Source: an uncultured bacterium
GTDB taxonomy: Bacteria > Zhuqueibacterota > QNDG01 > DTFT01
DNA: 64,000 nucleotides
Assembly (NCBI GenBank): GCA_963736115.1
Contig: CAVTNR010000030.1
Coordinates: 1-64,000, forward strand
Direction of reading: 5' to 3'
Of the stretch, positions 10,346 to 19,971 are shown piece by piece (position 1 is the stretch's first letter; every line of letters starts with the position of its first letter). A program made the translations under genes and the position numbers. The notes below the pieces were generated by a model that was given only the letters and a program-made list of their open reading frames with translations, did not search any database and was not told the DNA's origin.

Positions 10346-11314
10346 ATGCGTCCAGTCAAAGTCGGGGTCATCGGGGTGGGTCATCTTGGCCGTTTTCATG
10401 CATTGAACTATTCCCAGATGCCCGAGGCTGAACTGGTGGGAGTGACCGACCTGGACCCGGACAAGGCCGGGCAGGTGGCCGCGGAAGCGCAATGCAGGGC
10501 GTTCAAGGACGCGGAATCCCTGCTTGCCGAGGTCGAGGCAGTCAGCGTGGCTGTTCCGACGGACCGCCATTTCGAGGCCGGGTCCCTGGTTCTTCAGAAA
10601 GGCGTTCACCTTCTCATCGAGAAACCGATCACCCGTACGGTCGAAGAGGCCGACGGCCTGATCCGGATGGCGAAGGACAAGGGGGTCGTGATCCACGTCG
10701 GGCAGGTGGAGCGTTTCAATCCCGGCATTCAGGCGCTTTCCGGGTTTGGCCTGTCCCCCCGTTTCATCGAAGCCCACCGGCTTGCGCCGTTCAACCCGAG
10801 AGGCACGGAAGTGTCGGTCATACTCGACCTCATGATACACGACATCGACATTCTCCTGCACCTGGTTCCTTCGGAAATCACGCGTGTGGACGCGAGCGGC
10901 GTGGCCGTCGTATCCAACACCGTGGATATAGCAAACGCCCGCATTCAGTTCGCGAACGGCGCGGTGGCCAATCTCACGGCCAGCCGGATTTCGCAGAAAA
11001 AAATGAGAAAGATGCGGATGTTTCAGAAGGATGCCTACATCTCCGTTGATTTTCTCGAGCGCATGGCTGAAATTTACGCGCTGGAATCAGACACGTTCAC
11101 GGGCGATATGACCTTGGGCGAAATCGGCGTGGGCGAACACAGGCGGAGAATCGCGTACAAGAGGCCCGAGGTTCCCGCAAAGCAGGGGCTCCAGATGGAG
11201 CTGGAAGCGTTCGTCCGGGCTGTGCGGGGCGGTCAGACCGCGGCCGCGGACGGAGAAGCCGGAAAACGGGCACTGGCGATTGCCATGCAAGTGCTCAAAT
11301 GCATGGAGGCCTGA
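10346..11314 (+). CDS. Gfo/Idh/MocA oxidoreductase, GnnA-like (putative UDP-GlcNAc 3-dehydrogenase)
   Basis: GVIGVGHLG, LIEKPI, VGQVERFNP, DLMIHDID and ANLTASRIS; first gene of the lpxB operon. Confidence 0.75.
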   Translation: MRPVKVGVIGVGHLGRFHALNYSQMPEAELVGVTDLDPDKAGQVAAEAQCRAFKDAESLLAEVEAVSVAVPTDRHFEAGSLVLQKGVHLLIEKPITRTVEEADGLIRMAKDKGVVIHVGQVERFNPGIQALSGFGLSPRFIEAHRLAPFNPRGTEVSVILDLMIHDIDILLHLVPSEITRVDASGVAVVSNTVDIANARIQFANGAVANLTASRISQKKMRKMRMFQKDAYISVDFLERMAEIYALESDTFTGDMTLGEIGVGEHRRRIAYKRPEVPAKQGLQMELEAFVRAVRGGQTAAADGEAGKRALAIAMQVLKCMEA

Positions 11315-11884
11315 TTGGACATCCGTCGTTTTTTCTTCAAGCACCGCGGGTTCACGCCCGTTCCCTTCATCCTGGCCGCGCTGATACTCGCCCGGCCGAC
11401 CTGGCTCAGTTACGGGCTGGGCCTGGCCGTTGTCCTCGCGGGCGAATGCATCCGGTTCCGGGGCGTTTCGTATTCCGGGAGAAGCACACGGACGGTGAAG
11501 GTCGGCGGAAGCCGCCTGGTGACAGCCGGCCCTTACAGTCATGTGCGCAATCCCCTGTACATCGGTAATTTTCTCATGGCCGCGGGATGGACGATCATGG
11601 GATGGCCCTGGATGCCGTGGATGGCCCTGATCGTACTCGTGTTTTTCGCGGTCCAATACCATTTTATCGTGGATCTCGAGGAGGAATTTCTCTCCGGCAA
11701 ATTCGGAGCCGCATACGAGTCCTACCGGAAAGCAGTGCCGGCCTGGATTCCCAGGCTCAAGCCCTGGCCGGACGCGGAATCCATGGCCCCGGACTGGAAG
11801 GCGGCCTTCCGCTCCGAACGCAACACGTTTCAAGCCATTGCGGTCATTGCCGCATTGATCTTTTTACGCTGGAAGCTGTTTTAG
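11315..11884 (+). CDS. ICMT/PEMT-family membrane methyltransferase, LmtA-like (putative lipid A phosphate methyltransferase)
   Basis: TM helices, LVTAGPYSHVRNPLYIGNF and EEEFL-KFG-Y-Y-VP-WIP motifs; directly upstream of lpxB; TTG start. Confidence 0.7.
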   Translation: MDIRRFFFKHRGFTPVPFILAALILARPTWLSYGLGLAVVLAGECIRFRGVSYSGRSTRTVKVGGSRLVTAGPYSHVRNPLYIGNFLMAAGWTIMGWPWMPWMALIVLVFFAVQYHFIVDLEEEFLSGKFGAAYESYRKAVPAWIPRLKPWPDAESMAPDWKAAFRSERNTFQAIAVIAALIFLRWKLF

Positions 11885-13060
11885 ATGTCGGAACCCGGCC
11901 CCAGCATCATGACCCCTTCCTCTGAAATTCTCATTGTCGCGGGCGAGGCTTCCGGCGACCTTCACGGAGGCGCCCTGGTGCGAGCGCTCCGGGAGCGCAG
12001 GCCCGAGCTCCGGTTTTTCGGAATCGGCGGAGACCGTATGTCCGAATCCGGCGTTCAGCTGATCCGGCACGTCCGCGAAATGTCCTTTCTCGGTTTCTTC
12101 GAGGTGGTCCGGCATCTCCCGTTCATCCGCAAGGTTTTCGGCGAAATCGTCGGGGTCATGGAATCGCGCAAACCCGACTTGGCGGTCTTCATCGATTACC
12201 CCGGTCTCAATCTCAAGCTGGCCCTGCAGGCGAAGAAGCGGAACATCCCGGTCGTTTACTACGTCAGTCCGCAGGTCTGGGCCTGGGGAAGGGGCCGGGT
12301 TCCGAAAATCGCGGAACGCGTGGATAAAATGCTCGTGCTCTTCGATTTCGAGGAGCCGATTTACCGCGAGGCGGGCCTGGACGTTGTTTTCACCGGGCAT
12401 CCGCTGAAGGACACGGTGAGGCCTTCGCAGTCCAGGACCGAATTTTTCCGGAACCTGGATCTGGATCCGGAGAAGCCCTTGCTCGCGCTTCTTCCGGGAT
12501 CCAGAAAGCAGGAGGTTCAGCGCCTGCTCCCGGTCATGACCGGAGCGGTCCGCCTGCTGAAGCAGGACATCCCCGGGCTCCAGGCCGTGCTGGCGGCCGC
12601 GCCGACGCTTCCCGATCAAATCTATCATCCCTTTACGGACGGGGACGATTCCGTCCGGACCGTACGCGGCCGGACCTATGAGGTCATGTCCTATTCGAAT
12701 GCGGCCCTGGTCGCATCCGGAACAGCCACGCTCGAAACCGCTTTGTCCGGAACGCCCATGGTCATCCTGTACCGCATGGCGCCTCTGTCGTATTGGATCG
12801 GCCGTCGGCTGGTGCGCATGCCTTATATCGGGCTCGCGAACATCGTGGCGGGAAAAAAGGTGGCTCCTGAACTGCTCCAGAACGACGCCGTGCCGGAGAA
12901 AATCCGGTCAGCGGTTCTGCCCTATTTCAGGGACAAGACTTTGGTGGAATCGGTACGCAAGGAATGGGTCGAAGTCGGCCGTAAACTCGGACCGGCCGGC
13001 GCTTCCGGCCGGGCGGCCGAGGAGATACTCAAGACACTGGATGAACGGGGAGGCGAATGA
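11885..13060 (+). CDS. lpxB: Lipid-A-disaccharide synthase
   Basis: VAGEASGDLHG, IDYPGLN, YYVSPQVWAW, LLPGSR and ASGTATLE motifs. Confidence 0.95.
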   Translation: MSEPGPSIMTPSSEILIVAGEASGDLHGGALVRALRERRPELRFFGIGGDRMSESGVQLIRHVREMSFLGFFEVVRHLPFIRKVFGEIVGVMESRKPDLAVFIDYPGLNLKLALQAKKRNIPVVYYVSPQVWAWGRGRVPKIAERVDKMLVLFDFEEPIYREAGLDVVFTGHPLKDTVRPSQSRTEFFRNLDLDPEKPLLALLPGSRKQEVQRLLPVMTGAVRLLKQDIPGLQAVLAAAPTLPDQIYHPFTDGDDSVRTVRGRTYEVMSYSNAALVASGTATLETALSGTPMVILYRMAPLSYWIGRRLVRMPYIGLANIVAGKKVAPELLQNDAVPEKIRSAVLPYFRDKTLVESVRKEWVEVGRKLGPAGASGRAAEEILKTLDERGGE

Positions 13061-14139
13061 ATCCCTGGGATTTCCCCGCATTGTCCGTTCTACTGCTCCG
13101 TCCGTTCTCATTCTTCTACGGTTCGGTCATGAGAGCCCGCAATCTCGCATACGACCGGGGCTGGCTGCCTTCATTTTCCGTCCCGGCCGCAGTTGTCAGC
13201 GTGGGCAACCTGACGGTCGGCGGCACAGGCAAGACGCCCCTGGTCGAAACGCTGGCGCGTTTCTTCATGGCTGAGGGCTGGCGGCCGGCCGTGGTGAGCC
13301 GCGGATACGGCCGCATCGGCAAGGCGGACGTGGCTGTGTCGGACGGATCCATGATCATGGCGGACGCCCTGATAGGCGGAGACGAACCCGTTCTTCTGGC
13401 CCTGCGGCTTCCGGGCGTGCCCGTGCTTGTGGGCGTGGACCGGGTCAGGGTCAGCCGAAGGGCCGTGCGGGACTTCGGATGCGACCTGATTCTGCTGGAC
13501 GACGGTTTTCAGCACCGCAGGCTCAGGCGCGACGTGGACGTGGTGACGTTGAGGCGGAACGAGCCGTACGGAAACGGCCGGATTCTCCCGGCCGGTCCGC
13601 TCCGCGAACCGAAGGAAGGGCTGAAACGCGGCCACGTGGCCGTACTGACCGGCACGGGCCCGGTTCCCCGGGACACCCCCTGTCCCGTCCTGCTCGAAGC
13701 GGAGTACCGTGCCCTGCACTGGACGGAGCATCCCTCCCGCGTGAAGCACCCGCCCGAAGCGCTCAGCCAAAGGTTCGTATTCGCTTTTTCCGGCATCGGC
13801 AATCCGCGCTCATTCGAGCGGACCCTCGAGGAGCTGGGCGCCAAGCTCGTGGGTCACCGCGTTTTTCCGGACCATCGCCGGTACACGACCGACGATCTCC
13901 GGCAGGTGGGACAGCTCGCGGCCTCGCACGGCGCGGTGGCGGTCGTCACCACGGAAAAAGACGCCATGCGGATCGGCGGGTCCTGGTCCGGCGAAGTCCC
14001 GCTGTACGAACTGGCCATCCGGCTCGAAATCAAGGGAGGACAGGAAAGGCTGAAATCGGTTTTCCGTCCCCTGCTGGAGAAACGCAATGCCGACCGCGTT
14101 TCAGCGTCCGGCGCCGGCTTGAAACAGGAGGCGGAATGA
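13057..14139 (+). CDS. lpxK: Tetraacyldisaccharide 4'-kinase
   Basis: SVGNLTVGGTGKTP, SRGYG, GDEP, LDDGFQH, PAGPLRE, FPDH and TTEKDA motifs. Confidence 0.95.
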   Translation: MNPWDFPALSVLLLRPFSFFYGSVMRARNLAYDRGWLPSFSVPAAVVSVGNLTVGGTGKTPLVETLARFFMAEGWRPAVVSRGYGRIGKADVAVSDGSMIMADALIGGDEPVLLALRLPGVPVLVGVDRVRVSRRAVRDFGCDLILLDDGFQHRRLRRDVDVVTLRRNEPYGNGRILPAGPLREPKEGLKRGHVAVLTGTGPVPRDTPCPVLLEAEYRALHWTEHPSRVKHPPEALSQRFVFAFSGIGNPRSFERTLEELGAKLVGHRVFPDHRRYTTDDLRQVGQLAASHGAVAVVTTEKDAMRIGGSWSGEVPLYELAIRLEIKGGQERLKSVFRPLLEKRNADRVSASGAGLKQEAE

Positions 14140-15779
14140 GCGGGCAATCGGACTATCTCGTCGTCGGCAGCGGCATCGCCGGGCTGTCCTTCGCACTGCG
14201 CGCGGCTGAGACGGGAACGGTCCTCATCCTGACCAAGAAGGAAAGGGCCGACTCCAACACCAACCACGCCCAGGGCGGCATCGCCTCGGTCATGGACCGG
14301 TCGGACTCCTTTGACATGCATATCCGGGATACACTGGAGTCCGGCGTGGGGCTCAACCGTCCGGAGGCAGTCGCGCTCATCGTCCGGGAGGGGCCTCAAA
14401 GCGTCTCCGAACTGGAACAGTGGGGTGTCGCCTTCACGCGGGACGGATCCGGAGAATTCGATCTGGGCCGTGAAGGCGGGCATTCGAAAAACCGCATTGT
14501 CCATGCCCGGGACAGCACGGGACGCGCCGTTGAGGAGGCCCTGCTCGAGCGCGTCCGGAGCCACCCGAACATCCGGGTGCTCGAAGACCATGTGGCCGTG
14601 GAGATCATCACCGAACACCACCTGTCCGGCCGCAGGCGGAAGGCAGGCGAGCGGTCCCATTGCTGGGGCGTTTACGCGCTGGACATGAGGGCCGGCGCCG
14701 TGTCCGCTTACCGGGCCCGCGCCACGCTGATCTCGACGGGCGGCGTCGGCCGCGTCTATCTCCACACCACGAATCCGGCCATTGCCACGGGCGACGGCAT
14801 TGCCATGGCTTTTCGCGCTGGCGCGCCGGTGGCCGGGCTCGAGTTTATGCAGTTCCATCCCACGGCCCTCTTCCATCCGGACGGGGATTCCTTCCTGATC
14901 TCGGAGGCGGTGCGGGGGTTCGGCGGCATCCTGAGGACGCGGGCCGGGGAACCCTTCATGAAGCGGGTGCACCCGATGGCCGACCTGGCGCCCCGTGACA
15001 TCGTGGCGCGCGCAATCGACGCGGAATTGAAGAAAAGCGGCGACGAATGTGTTTTTCTCGATGTGACGCATCTCGACGCGGAAAAGGTCCGGAGCCACTT
15101 TCCGGCCATTCACGCGAAACTGCTCTCGCTGAATATCGACATGACGGCCGAGCCGATTCCGGTGGTGCCGGCCGCGCATTACATGTGCGGCGGCGTGCTC
15201 ACGGACCTGGACGGCCGGAGCGCCATACGCGGGCTGTACGTCACCGGAGAAGCCGCGTGCACGGGAGTCCACGGCGCGAACCGGCTGGCCTCGAACTCCC
15301 TGCTGGAGGCCCTGGTCTTCTCGCGGCGCGCCTATCTCAATGCGGCGGAGTATATCCGCTCGGTGCCCGCCTCACTTCCCGAAATTCCGGCGTGGAACGA
15401 CGATGGCACGTTCGACCAGGAGGAATGGGTCCTGATCTCGCACGACCAGCGGGAGATTCAGCGGCTCATGGGCGACTACGTGGGCATTGTCCGGTCGGAC
15501 GAGCGTCTGGAGCGGGCGCACCGCAGGATCGCGCTCATCGCCGATGAAATCGAGTCGTTCTACAAGAAGACGAAAATCACCGCGGCCCTGCTCGAGCTCC
15601 GCAATATCTCCTGCCTGGCTTTGCTCATCATCCGCTGCGCCCTTTTCCGCAAGGAAAGCCGGGGCCTGCATTACAACACCGATTACCCGGATCGCGACGA
15701 CATCCGCTGGCTCGGCGATTCCGTGATCGAGGACAACCGCACTTATTTCCGACCGCTGTCCCAGGAGCTGCGTTTCTAA
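14136..15779 (+). CDS. nadB: L-aspartate oxidase
   Basis: VVGSGIAGL, AQGGIA, REGGHS, FMQFHPT, LISEAVRG, PAAHYMCGG, GVHGANRLASNSLLE and RKESRGLH; ATG overlaps the lpxK stop (ATGA). Confidence 0.95.
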   Translation: MSGQSDYLVVGSGIAGLSFALRAAETGTVLILTKKERADSNTNHAQGGIASVMDRSDSFDMHIRDTLESGVGLNRPEAVALIVREGPQSVSELEQWGVAFTRDGSGEFDLGREGGHSKNRIVHARDSTGRAVEEALLERVRSHPNIRVLEDHVAVEIITEHHLSGRRRKAGERSHCWGVYALDMRAGAVSAYRARATLISTGGVGRVYLHTTNPAIATGDGIAMAFRAGAPVAGLEFMQFHPTALFHPDGDSFLISEAVRGFGGILRTRAGEPFMKRVHPMADLAPRDIVARAIDAELKKSGDECVFLDVTHLDAEKVRSHFPAIHAKLLSLNIDMTAEPIPVVPAAHYMCGGVLTDLDGRSAIRGLYVTGEAACTGVHGANRLASNSLLEALVFSRRAYLNAAEYIRSVPASLPEIPAWNDDGTFDQEEWVLISHDQREIQRLMGDYVGIVRSDERLERAHRRIALIADEIESFYKKTKITAALLELRNISCLALLIIRCALFRKESRGLHYNTDYPDRDDIRWLGDSVIEDNRTYFRPLSQELRF

Positions 15780-15791
15780 TCGAGAAAACGC

Positions 15792-15820
15792 TTGCCTTTT
15801 ATGGATTAGAACCGTAAATT
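15792..15820 (+). promoter_or_regulatory. Putative sigma70 promoter of csp
   Basis: TTGCCT - 17 bp - TAAATT in an AT-rich gap. Confidence 0.5.
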
Positions 15821-15864
15821 ATTAATAACTGTTTCTGGTTGTCACTTTTCAGAAAGGGTTTTCC

Positions 15865-16065
15865 ATGGAGAAGGGAACGGTCAAGTGGTTCAACCGAACC
15901 AAAGGATTCGGGTTCATCGCCCGTGAACAGGGAGAGGACGTGTTCGTCCACTTCAGCGCCATCGGCGGTGACGGCTTCAAAACCCTGGAACAGGGAGAGA
16001 CGGTTGAGTTTGACGTGGTGCAGGGACCGAAAGGACTGCAGGCGGCCAACGTCAAAAAAGCGTAA
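15865..16065 (+). CDS. Cold-shock protein (CspA family)
   Basis: GTVKWFN-KGFGFI...DVFVHFSAI...[10 protein letters not shown]. Confidence 0.97.
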   Translation: MEKGTVKWFNRTKGFGFIAREQGEDVFVHFSAIGGDGFKTLEQGETVEFDVVQGPKGLQAANVKKA

Positions 16066-16087
16066 TCCCTTCTTCCCGGAAAATCCG

Positions 16088-16120
16088 GCCCCGTTCCGCG
16101 TCGCGGAGCGGGGTTTTTTT
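16088..16120 (+). terminator. Intrinsic terminator after csp
   Basis: GCCCCGTTCCGCG/CGCGGAGCGGGGT stem followed by a T-run. Confidence 0.85.
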
Positions 16121-16299
16121 GTGGGGTCGTCCTGTTTGGGTCACCCGGTTGCGCTCCGTGAGGTGCGGGCCGTACCACTCTTCGCAACTATTATGAAAGG
16201 GCTCCCCGCGCCGGTACGGGTCCTCGGATGCCGCGTCCGAAACCTCCGGCCTGAAAGCGCTTGATCGATTTCCCTGAATTCCTTACATTTCCCGTAATC

Positions 16300-17130
16300 A
16301 TGAAACATGCGCGATCCAAGACCGACGAAGCGGCCCGCTTCATCCGTAGCCGGTGGCCCGATTGCGACGCGCGAATCGCGGTCGTGCTGGGATCCGGGCT
16401 GGGCGGTTTCGCGGAATCACTCGAAGACGTCCGCTCGCTCGACGCGGCTGAAGTGCCGGGGTGGCCCGTGTCCACGGTGGAAGGCCACAACGGCAAACTC
16501 CATCTCGGCCGGGTCGAGGGCCGGCGGGTGATTGTTCTCCAGGGCCGCGTCCATTACTACGAAGGCCATCCCATCGATCAAGTCGTATTCCCGGTCCGCG
16601 TCCTCAGCCGCCTGGGCGTGGCTGTCCTCATCCTGACCAACGCGGCCGGCGGCATACGGCCGGACCTGCGGCCGGGCGGCTTCATGGTCATCACGGATCA
16701 CATTAACTGGATGGGTGTCAACCCGCTGATCGGGCCCAATGACCCGGAATTCGGGCCGCGTTTCCCCGACCTTTCCGCGGCCTATGATCGGGAGCTCATC
16801 GAAACCGCAGAAACCTGCGCCGCGGAACTGGGCATCGAGCTCGCGAGGGGCGTTCTGGCCGCGACATCCGGACCGAGCTACGAAACAGCGGCCGAGGTCC
16901 GCATGCTAAGGACCTGCGGCGCGGACGCGGTGTGCATGTCCACGGTCCCGGAGACCATCGCCGCGGTTCACATGGGCATGCGCGTGCTCGGCATTTCCTG
17001 CATCTCCAATCCGGCCGCGGGACTGGGCTGCGCTCCATTGTCGCACGACGAAGTCCGCAGAAACGCGGACGCGGGCCGTGAACGCTTTTCGAAACTGATT
17101 CGCGCGGTCATCCGCCGCGCGGACGATTGA
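16300..17130 (+). CDS. punA: Purine-nucleoside phosphorylase (trimeric type)
   Basis: VLGSGLG, STVEGH-G, QGRVHYYEG, TNAAGG, DHIN, GPSYETAAE and MSTVPE motifs. Confidence 0.92.
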   Translation: MKHARSKTDEAARFIRSRWPDCDARIAVVLGSGLGGFAESLEDVRSLDAAEVPGWPVSTVEGHNGKLHLGRVEGRRVIVLQGRVHYYEGHPIDQVVFPVRVLSRLGVAVLILTNAAGGIRPDLRPGGFMVITDHINWMGVNPLIGPNDPEFGPRFPDLSAAYDRELIETAETCAAELGIELARGVLAATSGPSYETAAEVRMLRTCGADAVCMSTVPETIAAVHMGMRVLGISCISNPAAGLGCAPLSHDEVRRNADAGRERFSKLIRAVIRRADD

Positions 17131-17201
17131 TCCGGACGCCCTCTTTTTCATCACGCATCCCGCAACACCCGCCGAACGGGCGGTCTCCCCGGAGTCGAAA
17201 C

Positions 17202-17786
17202 ATGCGCATATGGGATCTCAAGGCTTTCGTTTACCATGGGGCCAGACGGCTTCCGGGCATACGCTGGATTCTGGATGCGGAGATCCGGAATCTCCGGAGT
17301 TTGATCGGCCGCATTCCGGATTTCCCGGAGCCCGCCGCGGACGCGGGCACGGGCGCGGGTTCGACGCTCTGCGTCTTTCCGGAGTCCGTGCGGCTCGTGT
17401 GCATGGATCGGTCCGTTCCGATGCTGGTCCGGGCGATGCGGCGCCGCTCTATTCAGGCGGTCGCGGGCGATCTGCGGCGGCTTCCCTTCAGGAAGAACGG
17501 ATTGGGTTTTCTCTCGGCGATCGGGGTTTGCGAATACCTTCCGGAACCCCTCGATTTTCCGTCTGAAGCGGCCCTGGTTTTGAAGCCCGGCGCGGTTCTG
17601 CTGGTGACCGTGCCGCGGCCCGGTATCTGGACGCTTCCGAGAAACCTGCTCGGCCACAGACTGCACACCGTCCGGCAGGACGCCTGGGAGAGGGCCCTGA
17701 CCGGAGCGGGGTTCACAATTACGGCAAAGGAATCATCCCTTTTTCAGATCCAGTACCTGGCGCAAAAATCAGAAAGGAGGATTTGA
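17202..17786 (+). CDS. Class I SAM-dependent methyltransferase
   Basis: DAGTGAG motif I, D-S-PML, GDLRRLPF and LKPGA motifs. Confidence 0.75.
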   Translation: MRIWDLKAFVYHGARRLPGIRWILDAEIRNLRSLIGRIPDFPEPAADAGTGAGSTLCVFPESVRLVCMDRSVPMLVRAMRRRSIQAVAGDLRRLPFRKNGLGFLSAIGVCEYLPEPLDFPSEAALVLKPGAVLLVTVPRPGIWTLPRNLLGHRLHTVRQDAWERALTGAGFTITAKESSLFQIQYLAQKSERRI

Positions 17787-17897
17787 AGGACCCACCCGGA
17801 TTCCGCCCGGCCTGAAGGTCCCGGGCCCGCATCAAAGGCAGAGACGCAGGACGGACCGGTCCACCATCCCCATTCCATTCAAACCAAGAGGTGCTCG

Positions 17898-19874
17898 ATG
17901 CGCAGAACAGCACGGTCGTTTCTGTTGTGCGCGGGCATCACAGCTCTTGGGCAGGCATCTTCGGGACAGCCCGCGGATCATCCGGTGATCAGCGAAATCC
18001 GCTACCGCCAGCACAGCGGAAAGAACGAGGAATTCGTCGAACTGTACAACCCCATGCCCCGGAGCGTCGATCTCTCGGGGTGGTCTTTGGTCTACAAGAA
18101 GAAGACAGGCGGGAACTGGGATGTGAAAGTTGTGTTCCGGAGGGGACACGGCCTCAAGCCGGGCGGCTATTTTCTCTGGGGCGGCGCGGAAGTGACCTTA
18201 CCCCCGGATTCCGCGGAAGCCGGGGCCTCAGGTGTCGGGCTCGGCAATTCAGGCGGCAATATCGCGCTCCGCGATCCGGAGGGAAACGATGCGGACCGGG
18301 TGGCCTGGGAGGGAGGGGATTCTCCGGAGGGAAGGCCGGCTGCCGGCAAAAACGTCGAGGGCGGTTCGCTCGAGCGCAAGGCCCATGCCGGTTCCACGGG
18401 CCTGTCCATGGGTCCGGGCGGGCAGGACGCATCCGCGGGAAACGGATTCGATACGGACGACAATGAGTCCGACTTTATCCTGCACAATCATTTCGATGAA
18501 ACCAATCCCCAGAACTCGGCGTCGCGGGCCGAACCGGAAAGCGGATGGCCGAAGGGGACCGGAACGTGCGATGTGTCGCCGCTTCACGTTCAGATCCGCG
18601 ATACGGTTTCGCTTTGCTTCACGTTCAGGCCCGACTCAGCGGCGATCGTGACCGGACTGGTCATGGCAGTACCCGAAGGCATGGGAGGGATGTTTCAGGC
18701 CGCGGAGATCCGGTATGAGGGGAAAGAGTCTGTGTACGCGGCCGCGGTCCTGTCCGCGGATACGATTCGGATCAGCGGGCTTTTTCTTCTGTACCCGGAC
18801 TCGCTCTCCGTGACGTTTCCGCTTCTGGCCATGCCCGGTCAGCCGGATTCAGTGATATTTCCGGTCTGGTTCGAATCTCCGGAGGGACGGCGGTTCCCGG
18901 CTGTGCAGGCGCCCCGCGTGGAAGTCCGGCCTGCCGCTGTCCCGGGAATCCGGCTTCATGCCAATGACGCGGCTGGCGTGCCTGCCCAGCCTTTCAGCAT
19001 CGGCAGTCGCGTCATGGTGTCCGGTGTGGTGACTGCCGGCATCGGGCCGTTTTCGGAAAATAGGATTTTCATGCAGGATGCGACAGCCGGTCTGTGCCTT
19101 CGCGCGGATTCTGTTTTTGCGCATCTGCTGTCCGGCGACTCCATCACGGTCACGGGCGTCCTTGACCAGAAACAGGGACTTACGGAAATCCTGCCTGACT
19201 GGAATACGCTGTGCGTGCACAGCAGGGGATGCCCGCTCCCGCAGACCGCGGACAGGACCTGCGCGGCCGTCAATGCCGCGTTTCACGATAATGGATCGGA
19301 ACCGGACGAGAGCCGGCTTGTCCGCATTCCCGGTGTCCGGTATGATGCGGAAACCGGGACCGTTTCGGACGGCACAGGCAAGGTTCGTCTGTTCATCGGC
19401 GCGGATGCAGAGGCCGAAATCCCCCGGGGGCTCTTTGACGCGGTGGGACTGCTCGTTCAGGAGAAATCGGGAATCGATGAACCGCCGTACACGTCGGATT
19501 ACGGAATCCTGCCGAGAGCCTGGTCCGACTTGATTTCTCCGCGGGACACCTCCGCCGTATCATGGACGGATGCGCTTTCAGTTCTTCCGCAAAGCGGCCG
19601 GGTACGGTTTGAGCCGAACAACCCGAATCCGTTCAACTGCCGAACTCTCATCCGGTTCAGCCTGCTCTCCGCGGGCCGGGTCAGGCTTTCCGTGCTCGAT
19701 GTCAGGGGCCGTGAAACAGTCGTGCTCCTGTCGGGTTTTTGCGGGAAGGGGGCGCATGCGATCCTGTGGGACGGAGCGGATGGTTCGGGCCGTTCCGTGC
19801 CGAGCGGCGTGTATATCGTGCGGATTGAGGCCTTCGGGGAGGTCCGGGTGCGGAAAATAATGATGGTGAGGTGA
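17898..19874 (+). CDS. Secreted lamin-tail-domain protein with OB-fold region and FlgD-Ig/T9SS-like C-terminal domain
   Basis: VISEI...EFVELYNP...VDLSGWSL (lamin tail domain); V-GVVTA...IFMQDATAGL...GDSITVTG (OB fold); PNPFN...DVRGRE...WDGADGSG...SGVY. Confidence 0.75.
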   Translation: MRRTARSFLLCAGITALGQASSGQPADHPVISEIRYRQHSGKNEEFVELYNPMPRSVDLSGWSLVYKKKTGGNWDVKVVFRRGHGLKPGGYFLWGGAEVTLPPDSAEAGASGVGLGNSGGNIALRDPEGNDADRVAWEGGDSPEGRPAAGKNVEGGSLERKAHAGSTGLSMGPGGQDASAGNGFDTDDNESDFILHNHFDETNPQNSASRAEPESGWPKGTGTCDVSPLHVQIRDTVSLCFTFRPDSAAIVTGLVMAVPEGMGGMFQAAEIRYEGKESVYAAAVLSADTIRISGLFLLYPDSLSVTFPLLAMPGQPDSVIFPVWFESPEGRRFPAVQAPRVEVRPAAVPGIRLHANDAAGVPAQPFSIGSRVMVSGVVTAGIGPFSENRIFMQDATAGLCLRADSVFAHLLSGDSITVTGVLDQKQGLTEILPDWNTLCVHSRGCPLPQTADRTCAAVNAAFHDNGSEPDESRLVRIPGVRYDAETGTVSDGTGKVRLFIGADAEAEIPRGLFDAVGLLVQEKSGIDEPPYTSDYGILPRAWSDLISPRDTSAVSWTDALSVLPQSGRVRFEPNNPNPFNCRTLIRFSLLSAGRVRLSVLDVRGRETVVLLSGFCGKGAHAILWDGADGSGRSVPSGVYIVRIEAFGEVRVRKIMMVR

Positions 19875-19892
19875 TTTTTTAAATTGACCTAA

Positions 19893-19925
19893 ACGCTCCG
19901 GGAGGTTGGTACCCTCCCGGAGCGT
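19893..19925. repeat. Perfect 13-bp-stem hairpin (REP-like or terminator)
   Basis: ACGCTCCGGGAGG-7 nt-CCTCCCGGAGCGT. Confidence 0.6.
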
Positions 19926-19971
19926 CTGAGATGTGCGTCGCAGATGGCGGACACAACACGAAAGGACAACC

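Noticed and set aside
13479-14135. 219-aa N-terminal extension of nadB in the ORF track
   Set aside because: It overlaps lpxK out of frame with Arg/Pro/Gly-rich noise; homology begins at ATG 14136, which overlaps the lpxK stop
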